A stretch of 62,539 bases of DNA, filler included, from Candidatus Babelota bacterium (GTDB taxonomy: Bacteria; JAGOBX01): assembly GCA_017999075.1 (NCBI GenBank). It is 9 parts of 9 records of this genome, joined end to end, with 100 filler letters (N's around TTAATTAATTAA, not from the genome) between each part and the next. Parts side by side here need not be neighbours in the genome. Positions count along the whole stretch, not along the records: positions 34,945 to 41,787 come from JAGOBX010000194.1; positions 41,888 to 48,711 come from JAGOBX010000195.1; positions 48,812 to 55,629 come from JAGOBX010000196.1; 6 more parts are not named here. One strand, 5' to 3'. Numbering within the stretch: position 1 is the stretch's first letter; each line of letters starts with the position of its first letter. The notes under the pieces are model-generated. The model was not told the origin of the DNA. It saw nothing but the letters and a program-made list of their open reading frames with translations, and searched no databases. Of the stretch, positions 41,621-52,434 are shown one piece after another. A program made the translations under genes and the position numbers.

Positions 41621-41787
41621 ATGAAATTATTGGTTGCCGACGGCATTTCAAAAGAAGCTCAAAAGATTTTGGAATCAATTAAAGGATTGGAATGCGATAT
41701 AAGAAAATCAGTGAAACCAGATGAATTATTAAAAATAATTGGAGATTACGATTTTTTAATTGTACGCAGCGCTACAAAGGTTACTAA
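41621..41787 (+). CDS. serA: D-3-phosphoglycerate dehydrogenase-like, N-terminal fragment
   Basis: MKLLVADGIS...YDFLIVRSATKVT. Confidence 0.8.
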
Positions 41788-41981
41788 NNNNNNNNNNNNN
41801 NNNNNNNNNNNNNNNNNNNNNNNNNNNNNNNTTAATTAATTAANNNNNNNNNNNNNNNNNNNNNNNNNNNNNNNNNNNNNNNNNNNNCGCCATCTATCAT
41901 ATCCTCCTCAAAAATAAACCGCAAAAATATTTTCTTATAAAAATTTCTTATTAAAAAATAATATTTTTATAAGTTTCCTAA

Positions 41982-42809
41982 TTATTTCTTTTTCTTGCTT
42001 ATTATAAATTTATTTGTACTTTTCTTTTTATCTCTAGTTTTATATCCTTTAGTTGGCTTACCCCATGGCGTACACGGGTTTCTTCCTCCTGAAGTTTTTC
42101 CTTCTCCTCCGCCTAGAGGATGATCTATAGGATTCATAGCCACTCCGCGAACATTTGATCTTATTCCAAGCCATCTTGTTCTACCTGCTTTACCTACACT
42201 TATATTTATTGATTCAGTATTTCCAACCTGACCTATTGTGGCTCTGCATGTTAACAAAACTTTCCTCAATTCTCCAGAAGGTAAACTCACATAAGCATAT
42301 TTGCCTTCCTTCCCTGTTATCTGAGAAGCAGTTCCTGCTCCACGACAAATTTTTGCGCCGCGGCCCGGTTCTAATTCTATATTATGAATTTGAGTTCCTG
42401 TAGGTATCTTTGACAGAGGTAAACAGTTTCCTACTTTTATCTCAGCATTATCTCCAGACATGATTTTCATACCTACCATAAGTTTGTCTGGCGCTATTAT
42501 ATATCTTTTTTCTCCATCTGCATATATAGCCAGCGCTATACGTGAATTACGGTTCGGATCGTATTCTATAGAAGATATAGTCGCCTGAATATTGTCTTTA
42601 TCCCGTTTAAAATCTATTATCCTGTATCTTCTCTTATGACCGCCGCCTCTATGCCATGATGTTACTCTCCCCATATTATTGCGACCGCCGCTTTTTTTCA
42701 ACGACATTGTTAAAGATTTTTCAGGCTTTGATTTTGTTAATTCACTAAAATCAGATACAGACATTCCCCTGCGTCCGGGAGTTGTTGGTTTTAATTGTTT
42801 GATACCCAT
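41982..42809 (-). CDS. rplB: 50S ribosomal protein L2
   Basis: [38 protein letters not shown]. Confidence 0.98.
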   Translation of the reverse strand: MGIKQLKPTTPGRRGMSVSDFSELTKSKPEKSLTMSLKKSGGRNNMGRVTSWHRGGGHKRRYRIIDFKRDKDNIQATISSIEYDPNRNSRIALAIYADGEKRYIIAPDKLMVGMKIMSGDNAEIKVGNCLPLSKIPTGTQIHNIELEPGRGAKICRGAGTASQITGKEGKYAYVSLPSGELRKVLLTCRATIGQVGNTESINISVGKAGRTRWLGIRSNVRGVAMNPIDHPLGGGEGKTSGGRNPCTPWGKPTKGYKTRDKKKSTNKFIISKKKK

Positions 42810-42812
42810 AAA

Positions 42813-43103
42813 CTATTTCCCTTCAAAAAATTTAATTTTATTATCAGCTTTAACGCGAACTATTGCTTTCTTAACAGATGATGTCATTCCAGGCTGCTGA
42901 CGTACTCTTTTCTTTTTACCGATTTGATTAATTATATTAACGCTTTCAACTTTTACGTTAAACAGCTTTTCTACCGCTTTTTTAACTTCCTGTTTTGTCG
43001 TATCAACTGCTACTTCAAATCCGTATTGATTTGTTGTCTCACGCGCTATAGTTGATTTTTCAGATATTATAGGTTTTAAGATAATGTTATGCTCTTTACT
43101 CAT
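42813..43103 (-). CDS. rplW: 50S ribosomal protein L23
   Basis: PIISEKS; AVEKLFNVKV; KKAIV. Confidence 0.96.
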   Translation of the reverse strand: MSKEHNIILKPIISEKSTIARETTNQYGFEVAVDTTKQEVKKAVEKLFNVKVESVNIINQIGKKKRVRQQPGMTSSVKKAIVRVKADNKIKFFEGK

Positions 43104-43723
43104 TTCAGCAAATCCTCCAATTTATTCACAGCCGATTTTATTAAAACAAGATATTTATTTTTTAAAACTTGATATGTATTGATATCTTTGTATATTATAC
43201 CTGTTGCTCCGGGTATATTTCTGATAGATTTAACTATATTCTCATTTTTTTCAGGCATAATCACTAAAACTGTATCAAAAATTTTAAGATTATCTAATAT
43301 TTGATTCATTTTTTTTGTGGATGGTTTTTCAAAATTAAAATCTTCAAGAGCGATTATGTTGGTTTCTTTATTTTTTGTACTTAACGCGCTTTTCAATGCT
43401 GCCTGTCTCTTGCTTTGAGGAATTCTAACGTCATAATCAGCAGGTTTTAAGGCAAATGTATGTCCGCCGCCAACCCATACAGGACTTTTCTGGTTTCCTG
43501 AACGCGCTCTACCGGTTCCCTTCTGTCTCCAAGGTTTTTTACCTGTGCCATTGACTTCAGCTCTACTTTTAGTAGCTTTTGTTCCTTGACGCTGATTGTT
43601 CAAATAAGCAGTTACAACTTCATGCATCAGTTCCGGCTTAACTTCAACATTGAAGATTTTATCATTTAGTTCTATTGTTTCTTTAGGCTCGCCGTTAATA
43701 TTCATAACTTTTATGACAGACAT
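43100..43723 (-). CDS. rplD: 50S ribosomal protein L4
   Basis: RQGT..TKSRAEV..KKPWRQKGTGRAR.G. Confidence 0.97.
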   Translation of the reverse strand: MSVIKVMNINGEPKETIELNDKIFNVEVKPELMHEVVTAYLNNQRQGTKATKSRAEVNGTGKKPWRQKGTGRARSGNQKSPVWVGGGHTFALKPADYDVRIPQSKRQAALKSALSTKNKETNIIALEDFNFEKPSTKKMNQILDNLKIFDTVLVIMPEKNENIVKSIRNIPGATGIIYKDINTYQVLKNKYLVLIKSAVNKLEDLLK

Positions 43724-43812
43724 TTTTTATCTCCTACAATTTAAACATCAAAGCTTCATTTTATTTCTTCTTTAAAAATAAAAACATTTGAAGAAAATTT
43801 ATTTACAAAATA

Positions 43813-44121
43813 TTACAATTTTACTTCTATATCTACGCCGGCTGGCAAATTAAGTTTACTTAATTTTGATATAGTATCCTTACTTGGATTCATTATATCA
43901 AGAAAACGTTTATGTGTACGGATTTCAAACTGCTCTCTTGATTTTTTATCAACATGCGGAGATCTTAACACTGTAAATTTACTTATTTTTGTCGGTAACG
44001 GTATCGGCCCAATTACATTTGCGCCTGTACGTTTAGCAGTATTGATGATCTCTTTTGTAGATTTATCCAGCAGTTTATGATCAAATGCTTTCAACTTAAT
44101 TCTAATTTTATCTTTTGCCAT
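43813..44121 (-). CDS. rpsJ: 30S ribosomal protein S10
   Basis: [31 protein letters not shown]. Confidence 0.98.
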   Translation of the reverse strand: MAKDKIRIKLKAFDHKLLDKSTKEIINTAKRTGANVIGPIPLPTKISKFTVLRSPHVDKKSREQFEIRTHKRFLDIMNPSKDTISKLSKLNLPAGVDIEVKL

Positions 44122-44138
44122 AAATTTTTTTCTCCCTG

Positions 44139-44179
44139 AAAAATTGCGGAAATAATCTTTTTCAGATTTACTTCCGCAA
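44139..44179 (-). terminator. Hairpin plus T-tract between tuf and rpsJ
   Basis: TTGCGGAA...TTCCGCAA stem followed by TTTTT on the minus strand. Confidence 0.6.
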
Positions 44180-44193
44180 CATTATATTAGCTA

Positions 44194-45408
44194 TTATTCA
44201 ATAATCTCAGTTATTACTCCTGCTCCAACTGTTTTTCCGCCTTCACGTATTGCAAATCTCATTTCTTTTTCCATTGCTACAGATGATATCAGAGATACTG
44301 TCAATGCAGTATTATCTCCAGGCATAACCATTTCAGCGCCTTCCGGTAATTCAACTATACCTGTAACATCAGTGGTTCTGAAATAAAATTGAGGTCTGTA
44401 ATTTTTAAAGAATGGAGTGTGTCTTCCGCCTTCTTCTTTGCTCAATATATATACTGTACATTTAAACTTTTTATGCGGAGTTATTGATTTCGGAGCAGCC
44501 AGTACCATACCTCTTTCAACAGAAGTTTTATCTATACCTCTCAGCAGTGCTCCAACATTATCTCCTGCTTGAGCAAATTCTAACTCTTTACGGAACATTT
44601 CTAAACCTGTAGCAACAGTTTCTCTTGTTTCTGCAAATCCTACTATTTCAATTTTATCTCCAACTTTTATTTTACCGCGTTCAACTCTTCCAGTTACAAC
44701 TGTACCGCGACCGCTTATTGTAAAAACATCTTCAACTGAGAGTAAGAAAGGTTTATCAACTTCACGCATAGGATCCGGAATATAAGAATCAAGCGCTTCT
44801 ATTAATTTTATTATTGAACCTTCGCCGGCTTCTGATTTGTCGCCCATAAGAGCTTTAAAAGCCGAACCCCTTACTACCGGAACTTTATCTCCAGGAAATT
44901 CATATTTTGTCAATGTTTCTCTAACTTCTTCTTCTACGAGATCTATTAATTCAGGATCTTCAACAACATCTATTTTATTTAAATATACAACTAAATAAGG
45001 AACTCCGACTTGTCTTGCAAGAAGGATATGTTCTTTTGTCTGCTGCATTACTGAGTCGTCTGCCGCAACTACTATAATGGCTCCGTCCATTTGAGCAGCG
45101 CCTGTTATCATGTTCTTTATATAATCTGCATGACCAGGACAATCTATATGTGCATAATGTCTCTTTTCCGAAGAATACTCAACGTGCGAAGTCGCTATTG
45201 TTACAATCTTCTTAGCAGCATCTTTAGTATCCATTTTTCTTGATCCGGACGCGATACTTACATCTGCGTAAGATTTATATTCAGCCAATCCTTTTTCTGC
45301 CAATACTTTCGTTATTGCAGCTGTTAAAGTTGATTTCCCATGGCTAATATGTCCTATTGTTCCGACATTCACATGCGTTTTTGTTCTCGAAAATTTTTCT
45401 TTTGCCAT
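44194..45408 (-). CDS. tuf: Elongation factor Tu (divergent P-loop and switch I)
   Basis: [52 protein letters not shown]. Confidence 0.97.
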   Translation of the reverse strand: MAKEKFSRTKTHVNVGTIGHISHGKSTLTAAITKVLAEKGLAEYKSYADVSIASGSRKMDTKDAAKKIVTIATSHVEYSSEKRHYAHIDCPGHADYIKNMITGAAQMDGAIIVVAADDSVMQQTKEHILLARQVGVPYLVVYLNKIDVVEDPELIDLVEEEVRETLTKYEFPGDKVPVVRGSAFKALMGDKSEAGEGSIIKLIEALDSYIPDPMREVDKPFLLSVEDVFTISGRGTVVTGRVERGKIKVGDKIEIVGFAETRETVATGLEMFRKELEFAQAGDNVGALLRGIDKTSVERGMVLAAPKSITPHKKFKCTVYILSKEEGGRHTPFFKNYRPQFYFRTTDVTGIVELPEGAEMVMPGDNTALTVSLISSVAMEKEMRFAIREGGKTVGAGVITEIIE

Positions 45409-45501
45409 TTTAAAACACTCTCCTTTTTTTCTTTATTAACAAATCATTTTCTATATTTTTTCCTGCTTTTAAACTCAAAAGCGGATTATTATATATTTTT
45501 T

Positions 45502-47571
45502 TTAAAAAATTTCAACTATTTTTTTTGATATTTCTTCAGGCAATCTCTCATACCTGTCAAACTGCATAGAATATGATGCCCTGCCTTGCGTTATCGAACG
45601 TATATCTGTCGCATATCCGAACATTTCAGATAACGGCGTTTCAGCATCTATTGTCTTGCCATTATACTTTTCTCCAATATTCAATACCGAGCCGCGTCTC
45701 CTGTTTATATCGGATATAATATCACCGACATATTGATCCGGAGAAACAATTTCAAGTTTCATCAGCGGTTCCAATAATACCGGATTTCCTTTATTGAACG
45801 CTTTATTAAATGCCTGAGATGCAGCCATCGAATACGCCGCTTCACTTGATTCATTCTCGACAAAACGGCTGTCTTCAAGCGTTATTTTAATATCTTCTAT
45901 TTTAAAACCAGCGTATGGACCGCTGTCACTGTTATTTAATATGCAGTTCTTTATTGCGTCAATATATTGCTGAGGCAGTTTGCTTGTATCTATTTTTGAA
46001 CTAAACTCTATTCCTTTATTTGGATTCGGACCTACTGTAATTACAGCATAACCGAACTGATTTTTTCCATTTATCTGTTTACTGAATTTTCCTTCTTCCG
46101 TAGCATTTTTTATTACTGTTTCTTTATATGTTACTGTCGGTCTTCCAACATTTACTTCTATCTTGAATTCACGTTTCAAACGATCTGTTATTATTTCAAG
46201 ATGTAACTCTCCCATTCCCTGTATTATTATTTGACCGCTTTCCTGATTATATTTTGTTTTAAAAGTCGGGTCTTCTTCGCTTAATTTCTCAAGAGATTCC
46301 AACAATTTATCATGTTCCGCAACAGTTTTTGCTTCCACAGCTATTGATACAACTGTTTCAGGAAACATCATTTTCTCAAGATATAACTCAGAGCCTTTAG
46401 CAGTTAAAGTTTCTCCTGTGAACATTTTACAGTTTACCACTATAGCTACTATTTCTCCGGCAGAACATTCCTTTATTTCTTCCCTTTTGTTTGCATGCAT
46501 AAGCAGAATTTTTCCGATTCTTATTTTTTTATTTTGGTTTACATTAATAACCTGTTCTCCTACCGATACTTTTCCGGAATATATCCGAATATAAATTAAT
46601 TTACCAAAAAAAGAATCGTTTACTACTTTAAATATTAATGCTGTAAAAGGTTCTTTGTCATTAATTTTTCTGCTTACAGTTAGCATTAAATTATTTATGT
46701 CATGCCCTTTTACGTCAGGTATATCTGATGGGCACGGCAAATAATTTACTATCCCATCCAATAAAAACTGAACCCCTTTATTTTTTAATGATGAACCGCT
46801 GAATACAGGAACTATTCCATTCTGTATTGTTGCTTTTCTTATTCCTGAAACTAAAAGTTCTTCAGAAATATCAAGGCCTTCAACGTATCTACTGAGGATT
46901 TCATCATCGTAATCAGACACCTTTTCAATCAATTGATGCCTTAAATGTTCAGTTTTTTCTATAAATTCGGATGGTATATCTTTCTCAACAATATTTACAC
47001 CTAAAGATGTATTGTCCCAATAATACGCTTTGTTTTTTATTATGTCTATTACACCTATAAAACTTTCTTCACTACCTATAGGAAAATTTATTATAGCAGG
47101 AGTTGCATTCAATCTTTCTTCTATCATCGACAAAACACGATTAAAATCAGCTCCCAGCCTGTCCAGTTTATTTATATAAGCAATTTTGGGAATTTTATAT
47201 CTGTCTGCTTGTCTCCAAACTGTTTCTGACTGAGGTTCAACTCCGCCAACCCCGCAAAAAATCATTACAACCCCGTCAAGCACTCTTAAAGAACGTTCAA
47301 CTTCAGCTGTAAAATCTATATGCCCCGGCGTATCAATAATGTTTATTCGGGTATCTCTCCAATAGCACGTTGTTGCCGCTGAAGTTATTGTAATTCCTCG
47401 CTCTTGCTCCTGCACCATCCAATCCATGGTTGCAGTTCCTTCATCAACTTCCCCGATTTTATATGTTTTGCCGGTATAATATAATATCCTTTCTGTGGTA
47501 GTAGTTTTCCCTGCGTCTATATGGGCAATTATACCGATATTTCTCATTTGTCTAATATCAATTTTACTCAT
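45502..47571 (-). CDS. fusA: Elongation factor G
   Basis: [46 protein letters not shown]. Confidence 0.97.
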   Translation of the reverse strand: MSKIDIRQMRNIGIIAHIDAGKTTTTERILYYTGKTYKIGEVDEGTATMDWMVQEQERGITITSAATTCYWRDTRINIIDTPGHIDFTAEVERSLRVLDGVVMIFCGVGGVEPQSETVWRQADRYKIPKIAYINKLDRLGADFNRVLSMIEERLNATPAIINFPIGSEESFIGVIDIIKNKAYYWDNTSLGVNIVEKDIPSEFIEKTEHLRHQLIEKVSDYDDEILSRYVEGLDISEELLVSGIRKATIQNGIVPVFSGSSLKNKGVQFLLDGIVNYLPCPSDIPDVKGHDINNLMLTVSRKINDKEPFTALIFKVVNDSFFGKLIYIRIYSGKVSVGEQVINVNQNKKIRIGKILLMHANKREEIKECSAGEIVAIVVNCKMFTGETLTAKGSELYLEKMMFPETVVSIAVEAKTVAEHDKLLESLEKLSEEDPTFKTKYNQESGQIIIQGMGELHLEIITDRLKREFKIEVNVGRPTVTYKETVIKNATEEGKFSKQINGKNQFGYAVITVGPNPNKGIEFSSKIDTSKLPQQYIDAIKNCILNNSDSGPYAGFKIEDIKITLEDSRFVENESSEAAYSMAASQAFNKAFNKGNPVLLEPLMKLEIVSPDQYVGDIISDINRRRGSVLNIGEKYNGKTIDAETPLSEMFGYATDIRSITQGRASYSMQFDRYERLPEEISKKIVEIF

Positions 47572-47653
47572 TTTATCCTCTTATAATCATATTTTTTATG
47601 TCCGTTAGACCATCTCAACAATATAATCCAAGAGGACTACTTTAATCCATTTT

Positions 47654-48136
47654 TTACCATTTATAATGAGCAAAAGCTTTATTTGCTTCTGCCATCTTAA
47701 ATACGTCTGTTTTCTTCTTTATACATGAACCAGTATTATTATATGCGTCAATAATCTCTCCAGCTAATTTTGCAGGCATACTTTTTTCTTTACGCGCCAT
47801 TGAATATTCACGCAACCATCTGAATACAAGTGCCTGTTTTCTTTCAGGTCTTATATCTGCAGGAACCTGATATGTAGCTCCTCCGACTCTTCGTGACCTA
47901 ACTTCTACTGTAGGTCTTATATTGTCGCAAGCTTTTTCAAATATCTCCAAAGCATTTTCACTCGTTTTTTCTTTTATTATATCTAATGCCTTATACAAAA
48001 CATTTTCAGCTGTACTGCGTTTACCTTGTTTTTGAAGATGATTAATAAACTTGGTTATTAATAAACTGTTATATTTTGAATCAGGCAACACACGTTTTAC
48101 TTTTGTTGCTATACCCTTTTGTTTTCTTCGCGACAT
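47654..48136 (-). CDS. rpsG: 30S ribosomal protein S7
   Basis: EVRSRRVGGATYQVP; MAEANKAFAHY. Confidence 0.98.
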   Translation of the reverse strand: MSRRKQKGIATKVKRVLPDSKYNSLLITKFINHLQKQGKRSTAENVLYKALDIIKEKTSENALEIFEKACDNIRPTVEVRSRRVGGATYQVPADIRPERKQALVFRWLREYSMARKEKSMPAKLAGEIIDAYNNTGSCIKKKTDVFKMAEANKAFAHYKW

Positions 48137-48169
48137 ATTTTTTCACTCCAATTCTTTTTTTCTTCAAAC

Positions 48170-48544
48170 TTATTTTTTCGGTCTTTTTGCACCGTATTTC
48201 GATCTTGCTTTTTTCCGTTTTTCTACTCCAGTAGCATCTAACGCGCCACACACTATATGATATCTGACTCCAGGAAGATCCTTAACTCTTCCACCTCTAA
48301 CAAGCACTACAGAGTGTTCCTGCAATGTGTGGCCTTCGCCAGGTATATATGCTGTAACTTCCAATCCGCTTGTCAGCCTTACACGAGCAACTTTTCTTAA
48401 TGCCGAATTCGGTTTCTTAGGAGTAGTCGTGTACACTCTTAAGCAAACTCCTCTGCGTTGAGGACATTCTTTCAACGCCTTGGCTAATTTTCTTTTTACT
48501 TTATCTTTTCTACCCTGTTTCAATAGTTGATTTATCGTTGGCAA
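48170..48544 (-). CDS. rpsL: 30S ribosomal protein S12 (TTG start)
   Basis: [30 protein letters not shown]. Confidence 0.98.
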   Translation of the reverse strand: MPTINQLLKQGRKDKVKRKLAKALKECPQRRGVCLRVYTTTPKKPNSALRKVARVRLTSGLEVTAYIPGEGHTLQEHSVVLVRGGRVKDLPGVRYHIVCGALDATGVEKRKKARSKYGAKRPKK

Positions 48545-48635
48545 TTAACCTTACCCCCATAACAAAAATATAAGTGAATATTTTATATTTAAAAAAATTA
48601 AAGTCAAAGTTTTTTTTAATTTTTTTATTTAATTC

Positions 48636-48710
48636 TTATTTTTCAACAAGTTGTTCATCACTTTCTACGTTTTTTTCTATTTCATTTAGTTCAAATTTTT
48701 CAATTTTTTC
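48636..48710 (-). CDS. Acidic C-terminal tail of an upstream gene (possibly rpoC, by typical gene order only)
   Basis: Manual translation EKIEKFELNEIEKNVESDEQLVEK-stop. Confidence 0.35.
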   Translation of the reverse strand, partial: EKIEKFELNEIEKNVESDEQLVEK

Positions 48711-48811
48711 TNNNNNNNNNNNNNNNNNNNNNNNNNNNNNNNNNNNNNNNNNNNNTTAATTAATTAANNNNNNNNNNNNNNNNNNNNNNNNNNNNNNNNN
48801 NNNNNNNNNNN

Positions 48812-49000
48812 GTCTTCAGGAAAATATTTATGTAAATTGTCAACAATATGCTTTTCTGTTTTTTTATCTATTTCGGTGACTATATCTTTTGGATTTTTAA
48901 AATAAATTTCAGTAGATTTTATTTTTTCAAAATTATCTAGTAGAATTTGGCCTGCAGTTCTGGCGATTTCAATAGTTCTTTTTAATTTATCTTCAAACAC
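48812..49000 (-). CDS. suhB: Inositol monophosphatase family, N-terminal fragment
   Basis: AR.AG.IL...K...DIVTEIDK..E......FPED. Confidence 0.75.
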
Positions 49001-49108
49001 AATTCAAATCTCCAACTAAAAATAAGTTTGTATTGGAGCTATTGAAAAAAACAATAAATCCAAAATAAACATTTTTTAAAATTTAAATTGAAAAAAAGTA
49101 ATGTTATG

Positions 49109-49504
49109 TTACCGGCAAATTTTTATAGGAACAGGTTTATTATTCTTATCAAGTTTTACAAATACCATTTCACATTCTATTACTGGTTTGTTTTTTTTTA
49201 TATTACTCACAGAATAAGTATTTGCTTTAACAATCACTGTTATCGAAGTTTTACCGATCCTGATAAATTTACCGTAAAATTCAAGAATATCTCCAAGTTT
49301 AGCTGGTGATTTAAACGACACATTTTTCAAAGCTACTGTCACAATATTAGCGCATTTGCATATTTCCGATGAAAACACATAACCTGCTTCGTCAATCCAG
49401 CCAAGCATAACTCCGCCAAAAAGATTTCCGTGAACATTCAAATCGCTTTGTTTTACAGTATGCCTGGTTATAAGTTTATACTCATCAGATTTTTTTAGAA
49501 ACAT
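49109..49504 (-). CDS. Acyl-CoA thioesterase (hotdog fold)
   Basis: [27 protein letters not shown]. Confidence 0.9.
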   Translation of the reverse strand: MFLKKSDEYKLITRHTVKQSDLNVHGNLFGGVMLGWIDEAGYVFSSEICKCANIVTVALKNVSFKSPAKLGDILEFYGKFIRIGKTSITVIVKANTYSVSNIKKNKPVIECEMVFVKLDKNNKPVPIKICR

Positions 49505-49973
49505 AATTCATTAAACCGCCGGCATTTATAAGTTCCTGCATAAATTCTGGAAACGGTTCTGATTTAAATGATTTTCCTGAAGTTTTATTGGTTATCGTTC
49601 CTTTCACAAAATCGATTTCCACTTCATCCCCTTCTTTTATATTTTCAACAGCATCAACGCTTTCCATAATCGGCAACCCGATATTCAGTGCATTTCTATA
49701 AAAAATCCTTGCGAATGATTTGGCAATAACACAGCTGATTCCTACGGCTTTTATGGATATCGGCGCATGTTCGCGCGATGATCCGCATCCAAAATTTTCA
49801 TCTGCAACAATTATATCACCAGGTTTCATTTTTTTAACAAAATCTTTATCGATATCTTCCATACAGTGTTTGGCAAGTTCCGCAGGTTCGGACACATTCA
49901 AATACCTGGCCGGAATTATTTCATCAGTATTAACGTCAGCTCTGTATTTCCATACTTTCCCGGTATATTTCAT
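49485..49973 (-). CDS. leuD: 3-isopropylmalate dehydratase small subunit
   Basis: [44 protein letters not shown] upstream of MKYT start. Confidence 0.93.
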   Translation of the reverse strand: MKYTGKVWKYRADVNTDEIIPARYLNVSEPAELAKHCMEDIDKDFVKKMKPGDIIVADENFGCGSSREHAPISIKAVGISCVIAKSFARIFYRNALNIGLPIMESVDAVENIKEGDEVEIDFVKGTITNKTSGKSFKSEPFPEFMQELINAGGLMNYVSKKI

Positions 49974-49991
49974 AAATATATCCTCCAAAAT

Positions 49992-50396
49992 TTATATTAT
50001 TTTTTTTGATTCATTCCAAATAGCATCCATTTCTTCAAGAGTGGAATTCTCTGCTTTTTTTCCGCGTTTATATAATTCATCTTCAACAGCCGCAAATCTT
50101 ACCCTGAACTTTTTTATTGTTCTGTTTAATGCTTCAGCAGGATTAATTCCGGTAAACCGCGCAAGATTCACAACAGCCATAAGAATATCTCCCATTTCAT
50201 CTGTCATCTTTTCATAATCATTATTATCGCTGTCAACTTTAAACTCGCCGATTTCTTCTTTGATTTTAGAGATTACATCGTCAATATTCGTCCAGTCAAA
50301 CCCTACTTCAGCAGCTCTTCCCTGAATCCTGTATGCCTGTTCAAGAGGCGCTATATCCAATGGAATTTCATCCAATATATGTTTTTTTATGTTCAT
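49992..50396 (-). CDS. MazG nucleotide pyrophosphohydrolase, single (C-terminal-type) domain
   Basis: AAEVGFDW; EEIGE; DEMGDIL..VVNLAR; KFR.RF; LEEMD.IW. Confidence 0.85.
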   Translation of the reverse strand: MNIKKHILDEIPLDIAPLEQAYRIQGRAAEVGFDWTNIDDVISKIKEEIGEFKVDSDNNDYEKMTDEMGDILMAVVNLARFTGINPAEALNRTIKKFRVRFAAVEDELYKRGKKAENSTLEEMDAIWNESKKII

Positions 50397-50398
50397 AT

Positions 50399-50863
50399 CT
50401 ATTTTTTTTCTTCTTTTTTCTTATTAAATAATTTATTTAAAAAATTGTAATAAAAATTTTTATCATCGTCCTTATTTTTAGAATATAATTCGCCTTCAGT
50501 AACATAAAAATTTTTTTTACATTTCTCGCAAATTAAAGAAATAGGCCTGACCGGACTCAATACAGTTATTTCAAAATTATCGTTTGGGCATTTGTAATAT
50601 TTCCACTTGTAAATTTTCACAGGATCGTTTTTATCTGTCTGATCAATATACCATTCCGCTTCTACAAGCGGTTTTACTTCGCCGTCAAGATATGGCTGCA
50701 AATCTCTTATTTCTTTAGGCAGTTGCCTTTTTTCTTCATAATATTTCTTTGCCGCATTTGACATTTCTTGACGTCTCTTTTCAGGAAGAATTTCTACAGT
50801 ATACCATTTAACTGTTGAAAACGCTAATGCAAACAATACTATGAATATCAATATTCCTTTCAT
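50399..50863 (-). CDS. Hypothetical membrane-anchored protein with Cys motifs
   Basis: N-terminal hydrophobic helix; CPND...CEKC. Confidence 0.65.
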   Translation of the reverse strand: MKGILIFIVLFALAFSTVKWYTVEILPEKRRQEMSNAAKKYYEEKRQLPKEIRDLQPYLDGEVKPLVEAEWYIDQTDKNDPVKIYKWKYYKCPNDNFEITVLSPVRPISLICEKCKKNFYVTEGELYSKNKDDDKNFYYNFLNKLFNKKKEEKK

Positions 50864-50995
50864 TTATCATACCATCTCTTTTTATAAAATTTAACATTTA
50901 TTAAGATTATTCAAGAATAATAATCATAATAAATTTATTTATTTAGTCAATAACAAATCAAAAAAACAGATTTAATGAAGAATATCTTTTAAAAT

Positions 50996-52429
50996 CTATT
51001 TTTTTCTCTGGGAAAATGCAATCGATACTGCTACTTTTGCAATATTAAAAAAACTGCCTGTTTTAATAGAACCGATGAATCTCCGCAATATAAACGCGGG
51101 ATTAAAATAAAAACTCCGATAAAATTTTCTGTAATATTTTTCGACTATTTCCCAGTCTAACGAAGGATGTTTATAAACAGATCTCGGAGACAAATGAAAA
51201 TTATACATTCTGAAATCTCCCGGAGGAAATATGAGATTCTGCGCGTTATACTCATCGTATAATATTGTTCCGGGAAACGGCATAGCTATACTCACTTTAA
51301 CATAATCTAACGGAAGTTTATTCGCAAATTTTATTGTTTCATCCATAGTTTTTTCTGTATCATCAGCAAATCCTACTATAAAAAAACCGAACGCTTCTAT
51401 CCCTGCTTTTTTTGTCATTCTTATACCTGTTTCTATTTTTTCCAGAGTTGTGTTTTTCCCTGTATTATCTAAAACCTTCTGATTTCCGCTTTCTATTCCG
51501 AATGACACTCTGTAACAACCAGCTTTTTTCATTTTATGCATAAGAGTCTGATTAATTCTGTCCGCTCTTATTCCATTTGAACAATACCAGCTTATTTTTA
51601 TTTTCCGCGCAAGGATTCCGTCGCATATATCTTCGGAACGTTTCATATCAGTTGTAAATCCGTCATCCGCTATAAAAAAACTTTTAATTCCTATAGTTTT
51701 AATATGATGTTCAATTTCATCTAAAACCCGTTCTGCAGATTTTGGTCTGAATTTATATCCATGAACAATTTTATTGCAAATTTTACATTTAAACGGGCAT
51801 CCTCTGCTTGTTTCCAAAAATATCACAGGATTATCAGGAGTATGCAGTTTGGAAAGAGAATATAAAGACATATCATATAAAGTATAATCAGGAAACGGAA
51901 TTTTATCCATATTGCTTATATACGAACTGTGATCGAGCCTATGAATACTACCGTCTTTATTTTTAAACGCCAACCCTTCAATCTTTTCACGAGATTCTCC
52001 GTTTAAATATTTAACAAAAGATATTTCCGATTCTCCTATGAAAACATAATCAAAACAATCGTTCTGTAAAGTATTTTCAACTGAAGCGCTTGCATGAGGT
52101 CCGCCGATCACTACAGGAATATCAGGATTTATTTGTTTGCATATTTTCGCTATTTCAAGAGCATGAAAATAAGTCGCTGACGTGCATGTTAATCCAATAT
52201 GTTTAGGATTAAATTCTTTTATGGTTTTAGATAAAATTTCATTATCATCTTCATAAAAAGTCAAATCCAGTATTTTAGGAATATATCCGTTTTCTTTGCA
52301 TACTGCCCCTAAAATTGCCAAAGCTAATGAAGGCAGATGAAACGCAGCTGATTTTACAGCCACATCTTTATAAGATTTGTTCGAACTCGGCATAATAAAA
52401 AGTATATTTTTGTTTTCCATCATATTCAC
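50996..52429 (-). CDS. Cobalamin-binding radical SAM protein
   Basis: IGGPHAS; ETSRGCPFKCKIC; GIESGNQ; PFPGT. Confidence 0.92.
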   Translation of the reverse strand: MNMMENKNILFIMPSSNKSYKDVAVKSAAFHLPSLALAILGAVCKENGYIPKILDLTFYEDDNEILSKTIKEFNPKHIGLTCTSATYFHALEIAKICKQINPDIPVVIGGPHASASVENTLQNDCFDYVFIGESEISFVKYLNGESREKIEGLAFKNKDGSIHRLDHSSYISNMDKIPFPDYTLYDMSLYSLSKLHTPDNPVIFLETSRGCPFKCKICNKIVHGYKFRPKSAERVLDEIEHHIKTIGIKSFFIADDGFTTDMKRSEDICDGILARKIKISWYCSNGIRADRINQTLMHKMKKAGCYRVSFGIESGNQKVLDNTGKNTTLEKIETGIRMTKKAGIEAFGFFIVGFADDTEKTMDETIKFANKLPLDYVKVSIAMPFPGTILYDEYNAQNLIFPPGDFRMYNFHLSPRSVYKHPSLDWEIVEKYYRKFYRSFYFNPAFILRRFIGSIKTGSFFNIAKVAVSIAFSQRKK

Positions 52430-52434
52430 CCGGA

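Noticed and set aside
41888-41910. Start downstream of rplB read as relocated rplC (MIDG...)
   Set aside because: Spacing from GGAGG favours ATG-GCG (MA..., consistent with rpsS). Too little sequence to call.
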